A program made the translations under genes and the position numbers. Source: Octopus vulgaris (taxonomy: Eukaryota). From it: a stretch of DNA of 64,000 bases. The stretch lies in contig OX597826.1 in assembly GCA_951406725.2 (NCBI GenBank), positions 36,456,001-36,520,000 on the forward strand, read 5' to 3'. Below the pieces are notes generated by a model. That model saw only the letters and a list, made by a program, of their open reading frames with translations. It made no database searches and was not told the DNA's origin. Each line of letters starts with the position of its first letter. The first letter of the stretch is position 1. Shown here piece after piece: positions 40,476 through 52,293 of this stretch.

Positions 40476-40885
40476 GGCACAGAAGTGGTTGTGTGGTAAG
40501 TAGCTTGCTTACCAATCACATGGTTTTGGGTTCAGTCCTACAGCATGGCACCTTTGGCAAGTGTCTTCTACTTTGGCCTCGGGCCGACCAAAGTCTTGTG
40601 AGTGGATTTGGTAGCTGGAAACTGAAAGAAGCCCATTGTATATATCTATATATATATATGTGTGCGTGTATGTATGTGTGCTTGTGTCTGTGTTTGTCCC
40701 CTCACCATCGCTTGACAACCGATGTTGGTGTGTTTACATCCCCGTAACTTAGCGGTTTGATAAAAGAGACTGATAGAATAAGTACTAGGCTTACAAAGAA
40801 TAAGTCCTGGAGTCAATTTACTTGACTAAAAGTGATGCTCCAGCATGGTTGCTGTCAAATGACTGAATCAAATAAAAGAATAAAA
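40476..40885 (+). mobile_element. Full-length SINE family A
   Basis: Same A/B boxes, CORE-like region and tail as 6113-6527. Confidence 0.85.
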
Positions 40886-40924
40886 AAATAAAATAGATGT
40901 TTTAGTAGGACATAACTACATATA

Positions 40925-41330
40925 TTCTTTTACTTGTTTCGGTCGCTTGACTGTGGCCATGCTAGAGCACTGCCTTAAAGTTTTTTAGTCAAACAAATTG
41001 ACTCCAGGACTTATTCTTTGTAAGAATTAGTACTAATTCTATCAGTCTCTTTTGTTGAGCCTCTACATTATGGGGACGGAAACACAACAACATCGGTTAT
41101 CAAGCGATGGTGGGGATACAAACACAGACACATATATATAAATATACTCACATTTATATAAATATATATATACATGTACGATGAGATTCTTTCAGCTTCC
41201 ATCTATTAAATCACTCACAAGGCTTTGGTCAGCCCAAGGCTATAGTAGAAGGTGCCATGCAGTGGGACTGAACTCAGAACCATGTGGTTGGGAAGCAAGC
41301 TTCTTACCATACAGCCATGCCTGTGCCTAT
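40925..41330 (-). mobile_element. Full-length SINE family A, inverted relative to its neighbours
   Basis: Reverse complement of family A, from TTCTTTTACTTGTTTC to CAGCCATGCCTGTGCC. Confidence 0.85.
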
Positions 41331-41918
41331 ATATATATATCAATAAGGGATGGCCTAAGGCCCCGGATGGACCGGGGGATTTATGTATCTGCATCGGGAA
41401 GGTTCCTTCCTAGGGTGTAGCTTTGAACAAGATTTATCTTGCTTTATTTTATTTTATTCTATTTTTACAGAAAGCTACCATTTCTCTAGAGCAAAAACCC
41501 CTTTCTACAACAAACCGATCTTATTCAAGAGAAATTCAAGAGTTGATATGATTCATCTTGGCACCAGTGTCGATACAGATTGTTTACACACTGATGCCAA
41601 GGTTTATCAACCGGTAGTGTGATAGTTGGCACCAGCGTTGCTGCAACTTGGGCACCAGTGTTGCTGCAACTTGGGCACCAGTGTGATCAATGACAAACTC
41701 AGAATGTAAAACACAAGAAAAATTACTGCCAGTCATGTTGTTCATTTTCTAATTATTCTACAAACTGATGGGTAAAACAGGTTTTTGTGAATTCCTTAAT
41801 TGGTTTTCTGTATTGTATATATTTGCTTCTGCACCAAATAGTCTCCTTGGGTTATTGAAAAACTGTCTGCCCATCATCTCTATATAATCTTGTTTGATGT
41901 TGCAATTTTATTCATAGT

Positions 41919-42322
41919 AGGCGCAGGAGTGGCTGTGTGGTAAGTAGCTTGCTAACCAACCACATGGTTCCGGGTTCAGTCCCACTGCGTGGCATCTTGG
42001 GCAAGTGTCTTCTGCTATAGCCCCGGGCCGATCAATGCCTTGTGAGTGGATTTGGTAGATGGAAACTGAAAGAAGCCTGTCGTATATATGTATATATATA
42101 TATATATATGTGTGCATATGTTTGTGTGTCTGTGTTTGTCCCCCTAGCATTGCTTGTGTGTTTACGTCCCCGTTACTTAGCAGTTCGGCAAAACAGATCG
42201 ATAGAATAAGTACTGGGCTTACAAAGAATAAGTCCCGGGGTCGATTTGCTCGACTAAAGGCGGTGCTCCAGCATGGCTGCAGTCAAATGACTGAAACAAG
42301 TAAAAGAGAGTAAAAGAGAAAG
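41919..42322 (+). mobile_element. Full-length, young SINE family A
   Basis: GGCGCAGGAGTGGCTGTGTGGTAAG..GGTTCCGGGTTCAGTCCCACTGCG, with CpGs largely retained. Confidence 0.9.
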
Positions 42323-42344
42323 AGTATATTTATCATCATTTTTC

Positions 42345-42840
42345 AAGCACTTGTGCCAGTGGAACATTAAAAGCACATCTGAACATGATCGTTGACTGGG
42401 CCATAGATTTGCTCCCAAGCCGGTGGCATGAAAAAAGCACCATTTAAGCATGATTGTTGCCAGCATTGCCTTACCAGAACATGATTGTTGCCAGCATTGC
42501 CTTACCAGAACATGTGCTAGTGGCACATGAAAAGCAACATTCGAGCGTTGTCATTGCCAGTGCTGCTGGACTAGCTCCCATGCAGGTAGTACTTAAAAAA
42601 CACCTTTTGAGCATGGTCGTTGCCAGAACCACCTGACTGGCCCTCATGCCAGTGGCATGTAAAAGCACCCACTACACTTTCAGAGTGGTTGGCGTTAGGA
42701 AGGGCATCTAGCTATAGAAACTTTGCCAGATCGGATTTAGCCTGGTGCAGCCTGCTGGCTCACCACTCTTCAGTCGAACTGTCCAACCCATGCCAGCATG
42801 GAAAGCGGACGTTAAACGACGACGATGATGATGATGATGA
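42345..42840 (+). mobile_element. Meta-like SINE with internal tandem subrepeats
   Basis: Repeated GTGGCAYRTAAAAAGCACC..GAGCRTG..GTTGCCAG units, a duplicated CATGATTGTTGCCAGCATTGCCTTACCAGAA, then GGCGTTAGGAAGGGCATC and a GGACGTTAAACGA(TGA)n tail. Confidence 0.8.
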
Positions 42841-43734
42841 TCTATCATAGTATATCTATCATTATTTTTCCAAGTTTCTGTCAGCCACACAAAATTTGGT
42901 CATATGCACTTTCTTTTGTGACCTCTTAGTTGGTTCCAGGCAATGGAATATTTTCTTCAATTTTGGACAAGATTTGAAGGAAGATTGCGTTCAAATGATA
43001 CAGCTTGTATGATAGTGATGCTTATTCACAACTGGAATGTGATATCAAGAAAAGGACACACACACACACACACACATGCACACACTTAAACAAACACAAA
43101 CTTTCCAGTAATTTTTTATGTTTTGTTTCTTTTACACTTGTTTTAATTATTAAGTATTTATTTAATTCTAGACAAAAATAAGCCCTTTCAATAATTAATA
43201 TGCGCATTTCTATCTGGTATAACCATCTCTGACCCCTCCTTTCCTTATTTTTAAACATGTCTTTCACATTCCATTTCTTCTTCTTCTTCTTCTTCTTCTT
43301 CTTCTTCTTCTTCTTCTTCTTCTTCTTCTTCTTCTTCTTCTCCTCCTCCTCCTCCCCTCCTCCTTCTTCTTCTTCTCCTCCTCCTCCCCCTCCTTCTCCT
43401 TGTCCTCCTCCCCTCCTCCTCGTCACCACCCCTTCTTCTTCTTCTTCTTCTCCTTCTGCCATATCATTGCTTGGGGGTCCCACCACCCAAATTACTATTA
43501 AAGACTTACCCCACTCACTACATTAACTTCTACCTCCACCTGTTTGCTCACCCCTCACACACTTTCAAAAGTATCCACTCTCTCTCATCTCCATCTACGA
43601 CACACATCTTATGTTCACCTTCTCGTTCCTTGAGAGTTTGCTCTGGCACATCCATCACTGCCTTCCCCTTATCTTCTTGAGCCATATGTATCTCCCCTAT
43701 AGCAAGAAACCTGGGCTTGTCCCTCCATCAATAC

Positions 43735-43968
43735 CTATTTCGTTACTACCCACAAGGGGCTAAACACAGAGGGAACAAACAAGGACGGACAAACGGATTA
43801 AGTCGATTATATCGACCCCAGTGCATTACTGGTACTTAATTTATCTACCCCGAAAGGATGAAAGGCAAAGTTGACTTCGGCGGAATTTGAACTCAGAACG
43901 TAACAGCGAACGAAATACAGCTACGCATTTCGCCCGGCGTGCTAACGTTTCTGCCAGCTTGCCACCAA
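43735..43968 (-). mobile_element. Young SINE family B copy
   Basis: Minus strand GGTGGCAAGCTGGCAGAAACGTTAGCACGCCGGGCGAAATGC..GAGTTCAAATTCCGCCG. The flanking CCCTCCATCAATAC is repeated at about 43721 and 43984 (possible target duplication). Confidence 0.85.
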
Positions 43969-44302
43969 TACTTGGCATAGAGTCCCTCCATCAATACCTG
44001 GCATAGAGCTACCCACCTCCACCTTCTCCTCCAATATATTTCGCATGAGCAGTGAGAGGTCTGCTGTTTGCTTTCTCTCCCAGTTTTTTTTTCTGTCTTA
44101 CAAGTCACGTTACAACCTCACTTGCTCCAGTGGCAAGAACACAGCACACAGAACCCTCTGTAAAAAGAGTTGGCGTTAGCAAAGTCATCCAGTCATAGAA
44201 CCATACCAAAGATGACACTGGAACTCAGTGCAGCTCACTGGTTCCCTGTCCAACTGTTCCAGCCATGTCAGCTTGGAAAGTGGACATTAGGTGATGATGT
44301 TG

Positions 44303-44339
<37 letters not shown>

Positions 44340-44358
44340 CGACGACGACGACGACGAC

Positions 44359-44392
<34 letters not shown>

Positions 44393-44895
44393 TTATTCTC
44401 TACCTTTTTGCACTGCTTCTTACCAGACAACACCAACATTTATTGTGCAGCTTTTAAAAAACTGGAAGACTTCCAAACCATTCCATCAGACTCTGCTACA
44501 GATTTGATGGACATATTAGCCTAACCGTAACTTCCTGTTTCTCCTTCTCTGTCGTTCTCGCCATCTCTCTCCTCTCCCTCTCTCATTCTCTACCTCTCCC
44601 TCTGTCATTCTCTACCTCTCCCTCTCTCTCCCTCTCTGTCCACACATACACATACACCTTATATATATTCTTTTATTTCTTTTTTGCTTTCGCCTCCCGC
44701 AACCCTCTCTCCATTTCTCATTATTGCTTGTTGTCTGTCTCATCACATGAATAGACAATGAACTGAAATTACAATTTAAATTTTTTCCAACAATATTCAA
44801 GTACAAGATGCAAGTACACACACAAGTATACATACCTAAAAATATAAAGATACATGCATGAGTGTGTTTGTGTGTGCATATATGTGTATATATAT

Positions 44896-44946
<51 letters not shown>

Positions 44947-44985
44947 GCAGGTGGCTCATTAGCAAGTTAAACCTAAAGGCAAATT

Positions 44986-45360
44986 TATAAGCAAGGGTAT
45001 GAAAGAGTACCTTGCATTGCTAGAAACAAGAGTCGAAAACGACTCAGCCACCAATCTTAATAAGTTGACGAAAAAGACTAAGTGAGAAAGCTACGTACCA
45101 TAGTGAGACAGGTTTACAAGTGAAGAAGTAGACATGTCCATATCACATCCACAGGCGAGAACTGAGATGCAGCACATCAGAGTTTGAAATCAGACGATAC
45201 GGATATACCTGCCTCTTCACTTGTGAACTGGTCTCACAATGGTACGTAGTTTTCTTGCTTCCTCTTTTTCATCAGTTTATTAAGATGAATACTTTTTGTG
45301 GCTAACTGTGTCGTTTTGGGCTCTTGTGTCTAGCAATGCTGCTACTATTTTGTACCCTTG

Positions 45361-45366
<6 letters not shown>
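44986..45366. repeat. Large diverged inverted repeat (foldback element), about 165-bp arms
   Basis: TATAAGCAAGGGTA..GCATTGCTAGA..CTACGTACCA..ACAAGTGAAGA is mirrored by TCTTCACTTGT..TGGTACGTAG..TCTAGCAATGC..TACCCTTGCTTATA. Confidence 0.8.
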
Positions 45367-45395
<29 letters not shown>

Positions 45396-45398
<3 letters not shown>

Positions 45399-45790
45399 CG
45401 TAGGAGTGGCTGTGGGGTAAGTAGCTTGCTTACGAACCACATGGTTCCGGGGGTTCAGTCCCACTGCATGGCACCTACTATAGCCTCAGGCTGACCAAAG
45501 CCTTCTGAGTGGATTTGGTAGATGGAAACTGAAAGAAGCCTGTCGTATATATGTATATATATATATATATGTATGTGTGTGTTTGTGTGTCTGTATTTGT
45601 TCCCCCCAACATCGCTTGACAACTGATGCTGGTGTGTTTATGTCCCCGTAACTTAGCGGTTTGGCAAAAGAGACCGATAGAATGCGTACTAGGCTTACAA
45701 AGAATAAGTCCTGGGGTCGATTTGCTCAACTAAAAAGGTGGTGCTCTAGCATGGCCACAGTCAAATGACTGAAACAAGTAAAAGAGTAGG
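45396..45790 (+). mobile_element. SINE family A, internal deletion in the CORE-like region
   Basis: Same head and tail as 6113 and 41919. Confidence 0.85.
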
Positions 45791-45810
45791 AGCATGTATA
45801 TATATATATA

Positions 45811-46052
45811 CTTTATTTAAAAGCAGCAGAAACATCATGAAATCTGTTACTCAGAGTTTCACATTCCCGTTCGTTGGACAGTTTTGTTTAGAATGGCCAT
45901 TCTAAACAAAACTGTCCAACGAACGGGAACATGAAACTCTGAGTAACAATTTTTGTGATGTTTCTGCTGCTCTTAAATAAAGTATATTACACTACCTCTG
46001 GTATTTGAGTACTCTCTTTCACCTTGTTTCACATTTTTGTGCTTACTCCAGC
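45811..46052 (+). mobile_element. Penelope-associated element with a 172-bp spacer-less palindrome containing two opposed HHR-like motifs
   Basis: 45811-45982 is palindromic about 45896/45897. Right arm: CTGT CCAACGA ACG GGAA CAT GAAA CTCTGAG TA ACAA. The 3' tail 45976-46052 is shared with 50208-50288. Confidence 0.8.
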
Positions 46053-46054
46053 AT

Positions 46055-46192
<138 letters not shown>

Positions 46193-46942
46193 GTACATAC
46201 ACACACACACACACACACACAAACACAAATATTGTGTTACGTAAGAAAAGATGTATTGGGAGAACGCAATTTATAAGGATAAAATATTTATATATTAATA
46301 GGAATAAACAATTTATATATAAGCAAGCTGCCAGAATTTCATGTAAGCAGCAGTCCCTAAGTGGGTGTACACAAGAATATTATATTCGTCAAGACTGTCT
46401 TGTTAAGAAATACATTTTTTAAAGAATTCTACACTGTGATGTCTTGTATGAGTTGTACAAGTCTAAAAAATTATTGGATGCAATTTATGTCATGTCAATG
46501 GAACATAAATATCTTTCTCAGAGGCTTGTAACTCTGTAAATGGTTTTAGATATATTCACTTTCCGTGCAACAATGTTCAGGGATGAGATCAAATTAGCTT
46601 GAAGTACTGTGTCTAGGGGCCCACCAATCATGTGAACAAAACCATTTATTTTAATACAAAAGTTACTTTGAGAAATTTTTTCTCAAAATATTCCAGTTAG
46701 TTCTGTTTTGTGTTTGCACATATAGAAATTTTTTACACACTGGTATTTTCTTTTAAGGCTGTTTCAAGTGTGTGTAATGATATATATATATATATATATA
46801 CATTGTGACTTAGTGGACTGGAGTAATGTGAAAGAAAGAGCTTTGCACAAGAATACAATCTGTAGCCAGTCTGTGAACAGAGACAATGGACTCTTGGTCA
46901 TGAATGTAACAGGCTAAACCAAACGGCATTGTGCCTTCACAA

Positions 46943-46973
<31 letters not shown>

Positions 46974-47311
46974 AACAACAAATTGGCGCCTATGCAGGTG
47001 GCATGGAAAAAGTACCCTTTGAGCATGGCCAATGCCAGTACTGCCTGATTGGCCCTCGAGCCAGTGGCACGTAAAAGCACCCACTACACTCTCGGAGTGG
47101 TTGGCATTAAGAAGAGCATCCAGCTGTAGAAACTTTGCCAGATCAGATTGGAGACTGGTGCAGCCTTCTAGCTCACCAGCCCTTAGTCAAACCGTCCAAC
47201 CCGTGCCACCATGGAAAATGAATGTTAAACAATGATGATGATGATGAGTGTGTGTATGTGTATATGAATCCTAAAACCTGATCATAAGGCGTAGTGGTTA
47301 AGAGCACAGGC

Positions 47312-48681
47312 TACTTCTTGGACATTACCCTCAATCTGCAGAATAACTCATACTTCCCTTATCATAAACCTTCCACTAATCTTAAGTATATCAGCATTTT
47401 CAGTAATCATGCCAAGCCAATTACCGATAATTTAGTTAAAAACATATCTCTGAGACTGTCCAAATTATCTGCTAATGTCGACATCTTTAACCAAAAGGCA
47501 GACTTCTATAACGCCGCCTTGTAAAGAGCCGGTTATAAGGAGAAAGTGTCATACATCGACCCAGCTCATTCTAAACCAACATCTGCTTCTCCAGATAGTA
47601 AAGATACTCGTAATAGGAATAATGATTTCAATTCTAATAGTGCCAGCAACCCTGTACATAAAATAAATTCTTTACGGACTAGGGGAGGTAAGCGCCATGC
47701 AACCCCAAATTTCCAACCCAGAAATTTTCCCCTTACTATCACAAACAACACTAAGAACAATTCAAAGGCCACAAAAAACTGTATCTGGGATGTAATACCT
47801 TTCGGAAAACAAATTAAATCGAACCTTCCCTTACAGTTCCGTGAAGCCGTTGCTAGTAACTTTCCCAGAAATTCTAGATATCATTCTATTATCAATTCCC
47901 ACAAGGTCAGAATAGATTTCTCTAGCACTAGGAATTTTCACAAATTATATCTTCCCACAATACCAAGCTGCTAAACAAAGATTCTTCACCCGAGAGTTCC
48001 AACGCTAATCTTGCTAATTCCATCCCATCATACAATCATAATAATAGGAATAGTAATAATAGTAGCAGCATTAGTAGCAGCGAAAGTGTTAACAATGATA
48101 ATATTAATAATAGTATTAGTCGTGTTAATAACAATGGTAGTGTTGATGGTAACAACAATAACGGTATTATTGTCGGTGGTATTGCTGGTTATAATACCAT
48201 TAATAATACTAATAATAATAGAAATAGTGTAGTTGTTAGCGCTAATAATAATAGTAACAACAATCATAACAATAAAAACTTCGTCTCGATCTCGGAGGAC
48301 AACCCCAACAGAATTAAATTTTTGTCTAGTAATTCTAAGATTAAGAATTCCATTTACCAGTGTATAATTTCTTCCGGTACCGATGTCTTCTTCTATATAG
48401 GAGCGTCCACTTCACAGTTATCCAAGAGAATTTCAAACCACTATTCAACATTCAGGGATAGGGAAAAATGACATAGTACAGGGCTAAGTAAATTAGTTTG
48501 GCGTCTTAAAGACAACAATATAATTTTCAAGTTAGATTGGTTCATATTATCTATATCCTTTCCTTTTGATCAGGGCAGGAGATTTTGTAACATTTGTAAC
48601 TCTGAACTCTTCCATATTCTTTTCGCCAAGTTTCCCCTAGTAAGCACACTCATGGAAAAATCGTACAAATTCTATAAATGA
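47312..48681 (+). pseudogene. PLE polyprotein remnant: RT C-terminus/thumb, linker, GIY-YIG endonuclease
   Basis: FLDITLNL..YHKP..YISIFSNH..ISLRLSKLS..YNAAL*RAGY; KNCIWDVIPFGKQIKSN..NFP..IINSHKVRIDFSS; NSIYQC (48346-48363)..FYIGAST..KRISNH..TGLSKLVWRLKD..W..FCNICNSE. Stops at 47522 and 48469 and a frameshift near 47940. Confidence 0.9.
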
Positions 48682-49126
48682 TAACGATAGTCACTGTGGT
48701 TTGAACAATTAGCTTCACCCCACTGATATAGAGAAATTCTTTCCTAAGCCTTCGAACATTCTTTCAATCAACGTACCCTTCCCTCTCCACTTGTCCCTAC
48801 CTATTATTCCTTTATACCTTCCCTTCCTACTATCTATCTTTGACGTCTGTCTCTCTCTCACACACACAATCACAGACACAAATGCAGTTATACACACACA
48901 CAAGCACACGCACTCATTAACACAAGCACACACCTACACATTTCCATACATACAGCAAACATACTGTTCCCTACCTATTATTACTTTATCCCTTCTCTTC
49001 CTCCTACTATCTATTTTTGACGTCAATTCTTCTAACGGATTTTTAAAAAAAAACACTCATTATCGCTTTGTTTACCATGTAGGCAATTATCGAAATTTTT
49101 ATTTGTCTTGTTGTCGAGAGAGGCTC

Positions 49127-49219
49127 CCTTTCTTTCCTGATGAGAAGATTGCATAATGCACCCTTTATTCCTTTGGAATGAAAATATGCTGTCTTCGAAA
49201 CATGTGTCGAGAGTAAAGG
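49127..49219 (+). ncRNA. Intact type I hammerhead ribozyme in PLE 3' region
   Basis: CCTTT CTTTC CTGATGA GAAGA..GCATA..TATGC..TCTTC GAAA C ATGT G TC^GAGAG T AAAGG. 10-bp bulged stem I, perfect core, extended stem II, GUC site after 49208. Confidence 0.9.
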
Positions 49220-49267
49220 AATTTTGTTAACATCTTCGTTCGACTCCATTCTTTCATTTATTCATAT

Positions 49268-49348
<81 letters not shown>

Positions 49349-49863
49349 CATAGTTATTAATCTTTGTTAGGTTTCTCTTCATATTTATTACGGAATTCCC
49401 CCTCTGATAAACTAAACAAAGAATTATTTTGTTAGTTACTCTTAACATTTTTTATATCAATAACTTTAAATAAAAGAGAGAAGTCGTTATATATTACCAA
49501 TATAATAGTATACTATCATTTAACTTTATTTACATGTTTTATTACAGTCTCTAGATTAAGTAAGACCCCGATACTTGTATACCTATATTGTTGTTGTTGT
49601 GTGTTATTATGATAACCAAAGATTGTCTTCGACCTCAACGAATTTGGATCAATATTTTTTTTAAGATATATAGAAATATATTTCGATAGTTGTAGATTCT
49701 ATTTACTAAATTATTTTGTCTGCGATAATTTTGTTGTTTTTTAATTGTAATTTCTGTGTAGTTGAAAATTTAACACACACACTCATAATACATAGGTATT
49801 TGAATTAACTTTTTTACAAACCAGCTGTCCTTTCACACGGAATTTCATCTGTCTTTAAGCAAA

Positions 49864-49941
49864 AGCTCTGATGAGACTTATAACTGAATTGAATTGTTTA
49901 TAAATTCAATAATGTATATAAGTCAAAGCAAATTGTTGGCT
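49864..49941 (+). ncRNA. Degenerate type I hammerhead ribozyme
   Basis: AGCT CTGATGA GACTTATA..TATAAGTC AAAG C AAATT G TT^GGCT. 8-bp stem II, GAAA mutated. Confidence 0.7.
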
Positions 49942-50080
49942 CTTTTAGTACTTTAATGATTTTTTTTGTTATCTTACATTATATTATATTCATAGTATAT
50001 TAGGTTATATTATAATATAAATAAATTATTTGAATGTCAGCTGAATCTCTCTCTATTTAATTTATCATTTATATATATAC

Positions 50081-50126
<46 letters not shown>

Positions 50127-50284
50127 GCATATGTACATATATATATACATACATACACACATGTACTTTAGTAATAAAACTACAAAAACATCACAATGTA
50201 GCTTTATTAATAAAGCATACTACTCTACCTCCAGTATTCGAGTACTCTTTTTTCCACCTTGTTTCACGTTTATGTGCTTACTCT

Positions 50285-50326
<42 letters not shown>

Positions 50327-50329
<3 letters not shown>

Positions 50330-50706
50330 AATGTAGGATAACATTTTTTCGAAAGAAATTTTATAAATGGCCACCATATTAAAAAATACCTTTAAAGGTT
50401 AAAATTATAAACAACTTGTAGATAAGAGAAAGCGAAAACATTTCTAACGCCAAATATGCCAAAATTGAACATATTGTCCATAGCTATATAATTTTTCACA
50501 ATACGTACGCTACTCGAAAAAAAGCCGACAGAAATTTCCCCAAAATTCCATTATTACCATATCGGATTTTAGGGTTAGTAAGTGATTCTGTCGGCTTTTT
50601 TCGAGTAGCGTGCGTATTGTGAAAAATTATATGGTTATGGGCAATATGTTCAATTTCGGCATATTTGGCGTTAGAAATTTTTTTGCTTGCCCTTATTTGT
50701 AAGTTA
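50327..50706. mobile_element. Foldback Penelope-associated element (family shared with 58682-59037)
   Basis: 50413-50534 is inverted at 50587-50706. The left end TCTAAT..AGGATAA..TTTTTCGAAA..ATGGCCA.CATATTAAAAAATACCTTTAA matches 58683-58760. Confidence 0.75.
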
Positions 50707-50713
50707 AATATAT

Positions 50714-51867
50714 ATCTCTCTCTATATATATAAACAGCAGTTTGTCTGTCTGTGTGTCTGTCAGGTTGTACCCTCACACTGACCACGGCTTTCAACCGAT
50801 TCTGATGAAACTTGACACACACATAGCCCAATGTCATAATTCAAATCTAACGCAGCGAAAATTTTGAAAAGTTCCCCCAGTTCTGAAAAAAATCGATAAA
50901 TTCGACATGGGGTCGAGAATCAAAGCTTTTTATATGCAACACATTTTCTGTTGTAGTTTTCGCAACTTGCAATCGATTTTCACCAAACTCATGGTGAAGC
51001 TTAATGTTACCCTAAGAAACTTAATTCTGACGTTAGTTTTCCATGCAATACCTTACCATCAGAAAAAATCGATAAAATCATGCCATTTTGGGAAATCACG
51101 TTCAAATTCAAGATGACATATTTTCGACAATATCTTTCAGAAATTGTCAGGAATTTTTTTTTAATTCACAGCGAGCATCATGTCTGCTTCAAGGAGCTAT
51201 ATGGCCCTTTTTATTCGAATAGGATACTTTATTACTGGAAAAAATCGGTTAATTAAATCATATGTGGCACACATAGCAAACCGATTTGTGTATTAAACAC
51301 AAACCACAGACTGTCTAGGGGACGCAACTCGACCTTTTTAATTCTCGGAACACGTGGGGTAAGTATCCCAAAATGTATAAAAATGTACAAAAACGGCAAA
51401 AAAGCGGGCAGCAATGTGAGTGACAACAACGAAAAAGTCAAAAGTGACCAAACTGAACAAACAAATGGAAAAGGTTTTTTGGTGCACACGACAAAAGCGG
51501 TTTATAATAAACCAAGATTTTGCAAGTAGCGTCCGGGGACCCTTAGGGTACGTCAAAAATTAAAGGTAAAACGTTTGGGGTGGTAGTTATAAAGAAAGTT
51601 TAAACCAAAAAAGTATTCGAATAACTTGCGGCTGCAGCAGCTATTAGCAGAAGTGTTGGGGGTAAAGTCTCGAATGTAATTTCTTCCTGGTAGGAATTGG
51701 TTGGGTTGAATTATCGATAGCTGTTTGATAGTTATTTGGGAGTGAAGAGAAGACATTGCAACCTACACATGCGCCTTCGTTTCCTAGAGGGAAAGGACTA
51801 GATTGGGATTAGTCGTTGCCTACTAGGGGCTCTTACATACACGGGCAACGCCGGGCTATGCTGATAG

Positions 51868-51870
<3 letters not shown>
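50714..51870 (+). mobile_element. Non-autonomous Helitron-like element
   Basis: 5' TCTCTATATATATAAA, (TGTC)n, CAACCGATTCTGATGAAACTT. 3' GC-rich ACGGGCAACGCCGGG (degenerate hairpin) followed by GATAGT, a variant of the CTAG-T end. Confidence 0.65.
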
Positions 51871-51899
<29 letters not shown>

Positions 51900-52205
51900 C
51901 ATATAAGTGCGTTTGGAGAAATGTATTATCCAGGTGAATACTGTATTAGCTCTCAGTTGAGTTCCAGTTCGTGATTAGCCACAGCAACGAGTATCTAAGG
52001 TTGAGGCACTAGGTCACTCCGGTATTATCCACACACCTCAAAGTAAGGTGAATTAAAACAAAATAAGTAACAGGATGTCAAGTATTAATGCAATATGACC
52101 GTTTCAGGTGGTTCCATTTAATTGAACAATGCAAGCATTACATCAATTTAAATACAGTGCTATCTTCAGTTTCAATAAACTTGGAATTTCACCATATATA
52201 TATAC

Positions 52206-52291
<86 letters not shown>

Positions 52292-52293
<2 letters not shown>

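Larger units (their letters stand above)
47312..50070 (+). mobile_element. 5'-truncated Penelope-like retroelement (PLE) with long 3' region containing two HHRs
   Basis: Coding remnant 47312-48681, HHRs at 49127 and 49864, ending at a (TA)n tract. Continuity across the internal microsatellite at 49265-49345 is assumed. Confidence 0.75.

Noticed and set aside
42345-42680. Repeat-spacer pattern as a CRISPR array
   Set aside because: Eukaryotic context, the spacers are related to each other, there are no cas genes, and it is a SINE-internal tandem repeat.
46325-46400. Minus-strand TTGACGA ATATAA..TTACAT GAAA TTCTGGC as an HHR
   Set aside because: C3 and U16.1 are altered and stem I does not pair.
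48469-48471. In-frame TGA in the PLE endonuclease as selenocysteine (reported for some Naiad PLEs)
   Set aside because: The context EK*HST fits CGA>TGA decay rather than a Cys position. The copy also has a TAA stop and a frameshift, and I recognised no SECIS.
52090-52175. Minus-strand CTGAAGA..long hairpin..GAAAC GGTC as an HHR
   Set aside because: The core is present but neither stem I nor the base of stem II pairs.
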